A stretch of 63,800 nucleotides of DNA, counting the filler, from Octopus bimaculoides (taxonomy: Eukaryota), in assembly GCF_001194135.2 (NCBI RefSeq). It is 5 parts of 5 records of this genome, joined end to end, with 100 filler letters (N's around TTAATTAATTAA, not from the genome) between each part and the next. Parts side by side here need not be neighbours in the genome. Positions count along the whole stretch, not along the records: positions 1 to 24,473 come from NC_069006.1; 4 more parts are not named here. One strand, written 5' to 3'. The notes beneath the pieces are model-generated. The model was not told the DNA's origin. It saw only the letters and a program-made list of their open reading frames with translations, and ran no database searches. Of this stretch, positions 1 to 10,848 are shown piece by piece; position 1 is the first letter of the stretch; each line of letters opens with the position of its first letter. The position numbers and the translations under genes were made by a program.

Positions 1-35
1 AAGCGATGTTGGAGGACAAACACAGACACACAAAG

Positions 36-90
<55 letters not shown>

Positions 91-446
91 CACACACATA
101 TGTACGACGGGCTTCTTTCAGTTTTCGTCTACCAAATCCACTCACAAGGCTTTGGTTGGCCCAATGCTATAGTAGAAGACACATGCCCAAGGTGCCACGG
201 AATGGGACTGAACCCGGAACCATGTAGTTGGTAAGCAAGCTACTTACCACACAGCCACTCCTGTATACCATCCATTATGTAATGTGTGTTATGCAATGTA
301 TGCAGTGCAACAAATGTTAGGCAGTGTACATGTTATGCAAGAAACATGTTATACGATGTATGATATGCAATGCGTGTTATGTAATATATACTATGCAATG
401 TGTGTTATGTAATATATACTATGTGATGTGTGTTATGTAATATATA

Positions 447-683
447 CAGTAATCCCTTGCCATATCGCGGTTCACTTGTCACAGTTTATTATTTAAGCTT
501 ACATCGATTCCTCTGTGCTACTTACCACACAGCCACCCCTGTGCTTTATAATAAAATATAAATATACAAATTATAAAAATAATTTTAAAAAATACGCAGT
601 GCAGAACTGTTTCTACTTCACGGATTTTCACCTATCCTGGGGGATTTTGGAATGTAGCACCCATGGTAGTCAAGGGGTTACTG
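447..683. mobile_element. pogo/Tigger-like MITE
   Basis: TA|cagtaatccct...ggggttactg|TA; same family as 5452-5670. Confidence 0.75.
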
Positions 684-1365
684 TACAATGCAATGTGTTA
701 TGTATGTCAATATAATGTATATTATGTAATGTATGTCATGATGCATGCAGTGTAATGTTATACAATGTATACATATATAATGTGTAATGTATGCCAGGTT
801 TTGTTCACTATGTACATTATGCAATGTATAACAGCGGAGACTGTTTATTTAGCTTACCATACTGTTGTAATTTATAAGGTTTTCATATTCTTATGTAGTC
901 TTAAATTAATCTTGCTAAACACAATCTCGACACCTGGTAGTTTTCTTTCAAAATGTTTGTGAAAATATTATTGTTAGCTTTCCCTTTTCAGTAACCATCA
1001 AAATTATTTCATTCTTACCTAACTATGAGCCATTATCTCTGTACAGCCCACCTCTGTACACAGTAATGGAAATCTCGGGAAATATATTGTTTCTGTCTCT
1101 CTGTCAATTTTTCTGTCTATCTGTTTATCTATCTGTATATTTGTCCATCTCCCTGTCTATCAGTCTCTCCTTCTCTCTCTGTTTATCTCTTTGTCTCCCT
1201 AACTATATACCTGCACGCACACCTACACAAAAGATATCATTGTGGTGTGTATGTAAACACATACACACACACACACACAAAAGACAATATTTTGCTGTGA
1301 ATGTTAATAGATATATCCACAAGACATTAAATACCTTGAAATGTATGTATTTATTCCATGTAAGA

Positions 1366-1417
<52 letters not shown>

Positions 1418-2437
1418 AATATGTGTGTAGAGAGAGTGAAGGAAGAAGAGAGAAGCAGTACCTTCAGCAAGTATGTATTATGTAAGCCTGATTGACGTAT
1501 GTACTTGTGTGTGTATATATATATATATATATATACACACACATACACGTGTGTATATTTACATGTATTTTCCTGTTAGATTGTGTGGTATCCACTTGCA
1601 AACATACTCACACATACATACACACATGCATGCATACACACACACATACACATATATGTCAACAGCACAGCAGTTTATTGTCATCATTGTGCCACCTCTC
1701 CCCCTCCTCCTCGCCACCACCACCCCTCCCACCTCCACCACCACCACCTTCCATTAGTATTGTACTTTATTGTCAACCAACCTACTGGATTAAATGTCAT
1801 GTCAGAGTAAACAGCTTCTTCCTTCCATCAGCAGTGTGTGTGTGTGTGTGTATGTGTGTGTGTATGTGTATGTGTGTGTGTGTGTGTGTGTACTTGTGTT
1901 GTCCTTGTATAATGTGAAGTTGTCATACACAAAGATTTTGTATAACAACCTTCTTTTCCTTTTCTGTTTCTATGACTCACCATCATCATTGTCATCGTCA
2001 TCCTTGTCATCATTGTTTTAATGTCCTCTTTTCCATGCTTGCATGGATTGGATGGAATTCATTGAGGAAGATTTTTTCCATGCTCGGATGCTCTTCCTGG
2101 CACCAACACTCGCCTGTTTCCAAGGAAGGTATTACTTTCTCCGTTGCCAGATAACATTTTTCGTGAAAGACTGGAAACAAGCGAGAGTCCTTGTGTACAT
2201 ACATGTGCATGTTTAAACATATCCTGTCAAGCTAGATCCTGTCAAGCTGTCCAACCGATGCCAGCATGGAAAACAGACATTCAATGATGATGATGAACAT
2301 GTGTGTGTGATATAACAACTATTGAAGAGGTTGCAGGACATAACAAAAATTTTAGGAAAAATAAATAAATGAATGGAAACTGAACCGGTGAGTGTGTTAA
2401 GTAATAAGGCACTAAAAGAGAATGACCCTCCCCTGAC

Positions 2438-2468
<31 letters not shown>

Positions 2469-2663
2469 ATTATGTGTATTTCTTCTATCTTAATGAATAA
2501 AAATTCTTCTGATAGAATAAATGGGTTAATAGAAACCAATGTAGCAAAGAACACAAAATAACTGTGGTTTAGTTCCTGTTTGTAAGGCAGGAACTCCTTG
2601 AAATTTTGGGTATTTGAGTATATTTAAGAATTTAAGGATTGGAGAAAACGCATGTTATAATTG

Positions 2664-2762
2664 CATACTTTATTCCTACATATGTTTCAAAGGATTACAA
2701 CCTGTGTGATCCATAGGGATCTTTGATATTAAAATTATAACCTTCTCATCAGGGAAAGCATG
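2664..2762 (-). ncRNA. Type I minimal hammerhead ribozyme (Penelope-like-element type)
   Basis: Minus strand: catgcttt-cc CUGAUGA gaagg...ccttt GAAA catat GUA gg-aat-aaagtatg. Stem III is the palindrome acatatgt. Stem I is cc/gg plus catgcttt/aaagtatg. Stem II is about 10 bp with a long loop. Confidence 0.7.
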
Positions 2763-2807
2763 GGAATCATCTTAAACGTAAGACGCGTTTTCTTCAATCC
2801 TTAAATT

Positions 2808-2868
<61 letters not shown>

Positions 2869-3829
2869 CACTTCTCATTTTCTTTAAATTTTCATTGGTG
2901 TGAAAAGAGGAAATTTCATAGATTATAATAGACTTTTGTGCTGTGTTACTCTATTCGTCTTTTATCAAAAAGGAGAAGAAACCGATATGGTAACAAGTTC
3001 TTGTGATTTGAAACATCATCACTGAAAGTAGCCTGTGTTTATGTGATGCATATTTAGGACACTGGCTTGTGAGAGAGCCCATCCTTTTAGTTTATTTTTA
3101 TGTTTTCAAGCTGCACTTAAGAGAGAAGTAACGGAACTTGGATGTCTAAGTGAACAAAGCATTCATTGGTTCTGTTGTAACTTCTTCGGTTCTTGTAATT
3201 TGTCTGTGACTACTTTTCGTGCCAATTTATGGCTGCATGTACTTGGGCCATTGAGAAATAAATGCCTTCACCACAGACTGAGAACAAAGATGGCTTATCT
3301 TACATATTTGATTACACTAATGCCGTCTTAGTTTTTGCTTTGTGTGAACGAGAAGGCTTCATTCAGAAGTGAGCTTTTTGCAAAATGATATCATTATATA
3401 TTTTGGTTTTATTTTTTGGGATAGGCCATGTATGAGAAATATTACGTTGCTTGGAAACTGGTGAGGGTTGGTGACTGGAAGGACATCGCGCTATAGAAAA
3501 ATCTGCTGTAACACATTTCATCTAATCCATTCATGCATAGAAAAATGGATGTAAAATCATAATGACGAGGATTTGCTGAACTTTTACAAGAACACAAGTG
3601 ACAATGGCTTCAAAGACTTGAAGGATGTCACTTTGAAGTCACTGTTTGCAAAGTATCGAGTGGCTCTTCAGTTTAATGTTAAATTGTTTTTATTATGTCT
3701 CCACATAAAACAAGCATTTGAAGGCTAAAACAATGTGTGGAAGTGCATTGTGATCAGCGGAGTATAACATGAGAGTGTAGTCAATACAATGATTAGAGAT
3801 ATATATGTATATATGTACACATTTATGTG

Positions 3830-3861
<32 letters not shown>

Positions 3862-4521
3862 GTTGGAATCTACTACAAAACAAAAGACGAAGGCAGATGT
3901 AAAAGCAACAAACAGGTGTATTAGTTTAATGCTCGGGAAGGTGAGAAAGTCTTTTACATTTTGAGCCTACGCTCTTCAACAGAAAGGAACACAGAAATAA
4001 ACAGAGAATAAAAAAGCTTTAGTGGCTAGTGGTCAATCATGGCAATATATATGTGTGTGTGTGTGTGTGTATCTCTTTACTCTTTTACTTGTTTCAGTCA
4101 TTTGACTGCGGCCATGCTGGAGCACCGCCTTTAGTTGAGCAAATCGACCACAGGACTTATTCTTTGTAAGCCTAGTACTTATTGTCTCAGTCTCTTTTTT
4201 GCCGAACCGCTAAGTTACGGGGACGTAAACACACCAGCATCGGTTGTCAAGCGATGTTGGGGCGGACAAACACAGACACACAAACACACACACACACATA
4301 TATATACAATATTACATAAGCATTTTATAAGGTTTCTTTCTTTTCTGGAAACTGGCAGCTAATGGCACACTGACTGGCACCGGTCCATAGATCACCACTT
4401 TGAGTGGCACTGATATAGGAGATGACATCAGGTGTGTGTGTGTAGAAGATACGCACATACTCACACACATAAGGTGTGTAGCAGATACGCACACACCCAC
4501 ACACACACATACACACACAAT

Positions 4522-4845
4522 GAGGTGTGTGGGTCTGTGGTTGGGATATTCAGCTCATGATCACAAGGTCATGAGTTTGATATCCAGTGGGACATTGTGT
4601 CCTTGAGCAAGACCTTTCATTTCACGTTGCTCCATTCCAGTCAACTGGCAAAAATGTGTTCTACCAGTAATCCGCAAGGGGCCAGCCTTGCCACAATTTG
4701 TGTCACTCTGAATCTTCTTGAGAACTACATTTAGGGTACACATGTCTGTGGAGGACTCAGCCACATGCACGTTAATTTCATGAGCAGGCTGTTCTGTTGA
4801 TCATTTCAACTGGAAACCTCATCATTGTAACTGATGGAGTGCCAG
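4522..4845 (+). mobile_element. Old SINE with a family-D-like head and a family-E-like tail
   Basis: gtgtccttgagcaagacctttcatttcacgttgctcca (D-like), followed by gagaactacatt...cagccacatgcacgttaatttcatgagcaggctg...ggagtgcca (E-like). Confidence 0.7.
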
Positions 4846-5451
4846 TTTTTTTTATACGTACACACACACACACACACATATATATATGTGCGTGTGTATA
4901 TGTATTTGTGTGTCTGTGTTTGCTCCCCCACCATTGCTTGACAACCAATGTTGGTGTGCTACGTCTCTATAACTTAGCGGTTCTGCAAAAGAGACCGATA
5001 GAATAAGAACCAGGCTTATAAGAAATAAGTCCTGGGGTCGATTTGTTTGACTAAACATGGTGCTCCAGCATGGCCACAGTCAAATGACTGAAACAAGTAA
5101 AAGAATAAAAAATATATAACCATCATCATCATCGTTATCATTTAACGTCCGTTGTCCATGCTGGCATGGGTTGGACAGTTTGACTAGGGCTGGCAAACTG
5201 GAAGGCTGCACCTGACTCCAGTCTGATTTGGCATGGTTTTCTATGGCTGGATGCCCTTCCTAACACCAACCACCCCGAGAGTGTAACAGATGCCATTTGC
5301 ATGACACAAGTATCTGCCTTAACCACAATTTCACTAGGCTTGATGGGTCTTCTTCTCAAGCACGGTATAATGCCAAAGGCCTCAGTCATTCGTCATTGCC
5401 TTTGTGAGGCCCAACACTTGAAAGGTGCTTTTTTTCATACATACATACATA

Positions 5452-5670
5452 CAGTAATCCCTCACCATTTCGCGGTCCACCTATCGTGGTTTATTATTTA
5501 AGCTTACGTCGATTCCTCCGCGGTGTTCTTTTTTGCATTTATAATAAAATAAATCTATACAAATTATAAAAATAATTTTAAAAATATACAGTACTGTTTC
5601 TACTTCGCGGATTTTCACGTATTGCGAGGGGTTTTGGAATGTAACACCCGCGATGGTCGAGGCATTACTG
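5452..5670. mobile_element. pogo/Tigger-like MITE
   Basis: TA|cagtaatccctcaccatttcgcgg...ccgcgatggtcgaggcattactg|TA. Confidence 0.8.
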
Positions 5671-5867
5671 TATATACTTATATACACAACAAAATTACTA
5701 GTCAATACAGCTTTCTTTGTTATAGTACATTTGTATGTGTATGTATGCATGTGTTTTCGTGTGTATATATATATATTGTGTGTGTGTTTGTGTGTATATG
5801 CATTAGTTACGATATACTGTTATGCTCCAATACCGTTACTGCACTTGGTTCTTACTGCACTATGACA

Positions 5868-5881
5868 GTTTCTATGGTAAC
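5868..5881. promoter_or_regulatory. Candidate RFX X-box in the putative aPKC promoter region
   Basis: GTTTCTATGGTAAC resembles the palindromic X-box GTTRCYATGGYAAC. It lies in non-repeat, relatively CpG-rich DNA upstream of a gtaaga donor at 6027. Motif evidence only. Confidence 0.3.
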
Positions 5882-6239
5882 GGTTTATTGAAGAAGAACC
5901 GATCATTACGATCCCATCTTACTTCGCCACCCTTGCTGTCTGATACACGAGTCAGTGTGTGCGTGTGGGTGAAAACCAGTGTGTATATGCGTGTGTGTGT
6001 GTGTGTCTTAAATAATAGATCGTTAAGTAAGAGTTTAAAAAAAGACACGTTGTTATTTTTATTATTTCGTGTTGTTGTTGCTTTTGTTTATGTTTCTATT
6101 CTCTCTCTCTCTCTCTAATTAGTGTAATTAGTATTTACTCCGCTGTAATTGATATCAATCGCCCCTTGATCTGCATACTTGAGTTCCCATGGTGTGGTTT
6201 GTGTTTTTGCGCGCTCTTTCATACTTTAGGTTGCTTTGT

Positions 6240-6765
6240 CGTGTTCTTGTGTGACTTGAGGGAGATTTAACGGCTATTTCTGGTAAGTCGAGTGATTACA
6301 TAATGGCTCTCTAGAATCACGTGCGTGTGCGTGTGTGTATGTTGCCGCAACGTGTGTTCTTGTGTGACATGAGGAAGATTTAGCTGCTACTTCTGGTAAG
6401 TCGAGTGACCACATAATGGCTTTCTTTAACTACAGTTAGTGTGTGTGTGTGTGTGTTGCTCCATGTTGTCTTTACATGTGCATAACACGAAGTTTAACTG
6501 CTATTTCTAGCAAGTCGAGTGACCATATAGCGGCTCTCACATTACCACATTGTTGTTGTTCTATGTTGCCTTGACGAATGTAGGTTATTGCATGATTTGA
6601 AGAAGATTTAGCTGCTATTTCTAGTAAATCAAGTGACCATGGAGTGGTTCTCTCGTTACCACGTCGTGTGTGTTGGTCTATGTTGTCTTGGCAGATGTGG
6701 GTTTTTGCATGGTATGAGGGACATTTAGCTGCTATTTCTGGTAAGTCGAGAGATCACATCCTATT
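6240..6765 (+). repeat. Degenerate tandem array, five units of about 114 bp
   Basis: Core gagatttagctgctatttctggtaagtcgagtgacc recurs, with the gtaagt-equivalent position at 6283, 6396, 6510, 6624 and 6741. Confidence 0.85.
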
Positions 6766-6790
6766 ACCACATTGTGTGTGTGTATATGTG

Positions 6791-6887
6791 GGCGAAGGTG
6801 AAGAATACGCACACCCGGTGTTTAGGATTAGTTTTAGGGTTTAGGTTACACCGAAAACGGGTGGTGCGCGTATTCTTTACTTTCGCC
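6791..6887. mobile_element. Small GG-ended palindromic MITE (Merlin-like)
   Basis: ggcgaaggtgaagaatacgcacacccg / cgggtggtgcgcgtattctttactttcgcc with an internal ttagggtttagg; decayed possible 8-bp TSD. Confidence 0.55.
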
Positions 6888-6922
6888 TTTGTGTGTATGT
6901 ATGTTGTTATGGGTATCACATA

Positions 6923-7486
6923 GGGTACTTTTCGGTTATCTCACCCCCATTAAACAATTGGGTTATCTCCCCCAACTAAAAGATCGTTTAACCTTCAATA
7001 AAACCAAAAAATTAATAAACATGAAAGACGAAAAGATTAAACATCTTAATGAATTAGATAATATTTTTATAGCAAATCATACAAAACTGAAAAAATTAAT
7101 AAACATGAAAACTGAAACGATTAAACATCTTACTGAATCTGAGGTAATTCTATAATAAATCATGGAATGCCTATTGAGGGGGCCAAACGTCAACAATTGT
7201 ATTGAAGTATTGAATCAAAAAGATCTCTTTTAATCCAATCTCTTATCACCACATTAACTCGATTTTTGGTAAATTTTCAGATTAACACCTGCGCGATTTT
7301 CACTAGAGTGTTAGGGTTAGGGTTTTAGGATTAGAGACGGAATCCCTAACCCTAACCCTAAAACTAACCCTAACCCTAACACCTTAGTGAAAATCGTGCC
7401 GGTGTTAATCTGAAAATTTACCCGATTTTTTTAGTGGGAAGATAACCCAGTTTTTTTAATGGGGGTGAGATAACCAAAGAGTACCC
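6923..7486. mobile_element. TIR element hosting the 7268-7422 MITE
   Basis: About 60-bp imperfect TIRs gggtacttttcggttatctcacccccattaaa...gggttatct / agataaccc...tttaatgggggtgagataaccaaagagtaccc. TSD not resolved. Confidence 0.6.
7268..7422. mobile_element. Merlin-like palindromic MITE containing TTAGGG/CCCTAA repeats
   Basis: Perfect 22-bp TIR ggtaaattttcagattaacacc and an exact 8-bp TSD cgattttt (7260-67, 7423-30). GG termini with an 8-bp TSD fit the Merlin/IS1016 superfamily. Confidence 0.7.
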
Positions 7487-7904
7487 ACATACATAACGAT
7501 CCAAAATAGAAATTTTCTTAAAACAGTAAGAAAATATTCCAAATCCTTCGTTTCTGGCACGTGTCCTTGAAATGTGTACAGTAATGTTCAATAAGTATAT
7601 TATACTTCATGATGAGTTTTCTAGGCTTAGGTGTTCTGTTGGGGTTTAAGGATAGCGCTAGGTTGGGGGGTTATGGATTGGATTGTCAAAGGATGGTCAT
7701 CCTAACACATTGACTGACCACTGTACTGGCACTCTGTCGGTTACAGTGACGAAGTGAGTTCCAGTTGATCTGATCAACGGAAACGGCCTTTCTCTCCCTC
7801 CCAGCCACCCCCATCTCTCTAGTTTGTCTTTTGTATTTCTTTCGTTTTTTAACTTTTTTTGTGTTCTTGTGTGTAAACTTACAAACGACTCAAACACTAC
7901 ATAC

Positions 7905-8060
7905 CAGGGGCGGACTGAGCCATCGGTCAACCGGGTACTGCCTGAGGGCCCAGAGCTCTGAGGGTCCCGCACACTACATGTTAACTCTACTGATATCAAT
8001 GCTAAGAGGCCCAGTAAGCAGTTACGCCTGAGGGCCCTTAATACTCTCAGTCTGCCCCTG
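7905..8060. mobile_element. hAT-like MITE
   Basis: 15-bp TIR caggggcggactgag/ctcagtctgcccctg (1 mismatch) and an 8-bp TSD ctacatac/ctacacac. Confidence 0.8.
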
Positions 8061-9299
8061 CTACACACACACACACACACACACACACTTACGCATGCAT
8101 CCCCCCACCCAAGAGAAATGAGAGAATAATTTCCACACATGGAAAACAAGCAGTTCCAATTTCATGAGCACTTCCATCTCCATAGTCTAGCAGTTCAGCA
8201 AAAAAGATTGATAGAATGAATACCAGGCTTAGAAAGGCAAGAAAATAAATACTGGNNNNNNNNNNNNNNNNNNNNNNNNNNNNNNNNNNNNNNNNNNNNN
8301 NNNNNNNNNNNNNNNNNNNNNNNNNNNNNNNNNNNNNNNNNNNNNNNNNNNNNNNNNNNNNNNNNNNNNNNNNNNNNNNNNNNNNNNNNNNNNNNNNNNN
8401 NNNNNNNNNNNNNNNNNNNNNNNNNNNNNNNNNNNNNNNNNNNNNNNNNNNNNNNNNNNNNNNNNNNNNNNNNNNNNNNNNNNNNNNNNNNNNNNNNNNN
8501 NNNNNNNNNNNNNNNNNNNNNNNNNNNNNNNNNNNNNNNNNNNNNNNNNNNNNNNNNNNNNNNNNNNNNNNNNNNNNNNNNNNNNNNNNNNNNNNNNNNN
8601 NNNNNNNNNNNNNNNNNNNNNNNNNNNNNNNNNNNNNNNNNNNNNNNNNNNNNNNNNNNNNNNNNNNNNNNNNNNNNNNNNNNNNNNNNNNNNNNNNNNN
8701 NNNNNNNNNNNNNNNNNNNNNNNNNNNNNNNNNNNNNNNNNNNNNNNNNNNNNNNNNNNNNNNNNNNNNNNNNNNNNNNNNNNNNNNNNNNNNNNNNNNN
8801 NNNNNNNNNNNNNNNNNNNNNNNNNNNNNNNNNNNNNNNNNNNNNNNNNNNNNNNNNNNNNNNNNNNNNNNNNNNNNNNNNNNNNNNNNNNNNNNNNNNN
8901 NNNNNNNNNNNNNNNNNNNNNNNNNNNNNNNNNNNNNNNNNNNNNNNNNNNNNNNNNNNNNNNNNNNNNNNNNNNNNNNNNNNNNNNNNNNNNNNNNNNN
9001 NNNNNNNNNNNNNNNNNNNNNNNNNNNNNNNNNNNNNNNNNNNNNNNNNNNNNCTTCTTTCAGTTTCTTTCTACCATATCCACTCACAAGGCTTTGGTCA
9101 CTCAATGCTGTAGCAGAAGACCCTTGTCCAAGGTGCCACACAGTGGGGCAGAACCTGGAATCATGTGGTTGGGAAGCAAGCCTCTTATCACAGAGCCATG
9201 CCTGTACCTATATATATATATATATATATATAATGTTGCATAATGCGCAAATAAAAATCACATGCATTTGTAAATGTGCATGTTTTAGAATCATGCATT

Positions 9300-9750
9300 C
9301 ACATGTATATACCCCTTCTCACACAAACATGTATACACCCCTTCTCACACATACATGTATACACCCTCTCTCACACATACACATACCCTCTCACACATGT
9401 ATACACACCCTCTCTCACATGTATACACACCCTTTCACACATACATGTATGCACCCCTTCTCACATGTATACACACCGTCTGACACATGTATACACACCC
9501 TCTCTCACATGTATACACACCCTTTCACACATACATGTATACACCCCTTCTCACATGTATACACACCGTCTCACACATGTATACACACCCTCTCACACAT
9601 GTATACACACCCTCTCTCACATGTATACACACCCTGTCACACATGTATACACTCCCTCTCACACATGTATACACACCCTCTCACATGTATACACACCCTC
9701 TCATACATACATGTATACACACCATTTCACACATATGTACACACATCCAC
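9300..9750. repeat. Minisatellite (about 20-24 bp, catgtatacacaccctctcaca)
   Basis: Directly visible tandem units; they produce the spurious HT/YT ORFs. Confidence 0.9.
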
Positions 9751-10810
9751 ACAAGTCAATCAATGTTTGTGTGTTTATGTGTGCAATCGATATATCAATA
9801 TGCAATGAACCAATGTCACACAGCTGCTGCTGCTGCTGCCACTACTACCACTACTTTTACTACTACTCCTGCTATTACTTCTGCTGCTACTACTACTACT
9901 CTTCATTTGCAGTCAACATTGCCTCAGTCGTCCACCCACATTAAAACCATTTTGTTCCTTTTGTCCTTCCATACTATCTTTCCTCCGTTTTCTTTCTTAG
10001 TCTCCATCTTGTTTTTTTTTTNNNNNNNNNNNNNNNNNNNNNNNNNNNNNNNNNNNNNNNNNNNNNNNNNNNNNNNNNNNNNNNNNNNNNNNNNNNNNNN
10101 NNNNNNNNNNNNNNNNNNNNNNNNNNNNNNNNNNNNNNNNNNNNNNNNNNNNNNNNNNNNNNNNNNNNNNNNNNNNNNNNNNNNNNNNNNNNNNNNNNNN
10201 NNNNNNNNNNNNNNNNNNNNNNNNNNNNNNNNNNNNNNNNNNNNNNNNNNNNNNNNNNNNNNNNNNNNNNNNNNNNNNNNNNNNNNNNNNNNNNNNNNNN
10301 NNNNNNNNNNNNNNNNNNNNNNNNNNNNNNNNNNNNNNNNNNNNNNNNNNNNNNNNNNNNNNNNNNNNNNNNNNNNNNNNNNNNNNNNNNNNNNNNNNNN
10401 NNNNNNNNNNNNNNNNNNNNNNNNNNNNNNNNNNNNNNNNNNNNNNNNNNNNNNNNNNNNNNNNNNNNNNNNNNNNNNNNNNNNNNNNNNNNNNNNNNNN
10501 NNNNNNNNNNNNNNNNNNCCCCCCCCCCCCAAGAATCCAGGGTGTCTCTTGCTGGCGGAAGTGTTTGAACAAGCACTCACATTATTTACATTTTATACAT
10601 TCTTCTAACACACACATGCGTGTGCACACACTCACATGTATCCATGTATGTACATACACACATAAGTTTGGCTTTACCCAACAAGATATATAGAACTCAA
10701 TGCATAGTCTAGAGTATGTATGTGGCATTTTTATTAACTGGGAAGCTACACTTGAATAGTTTGATGAATAATTTATCATGAGACTAGCTCCTAGAGTCTT
10801 GTAATTGCTC

Positions 10811-10848
<38 letters not shown>

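Noticed and set aside
6240-6765. Regularly spaced repeat resembling a CRISPR array
   Set aside because: Eukaryotic context, no cas genes, degenerate repeats and microsatellite-like spacers; it is a tandem duplication.
7311-7380. TTAGGG/CCCTAA repeats as a telomere or chromosome-fusion site
   Set aside because: Short, imperfect and enclosed by TIRs with an 8-bp TSD; they are part of a MITE.
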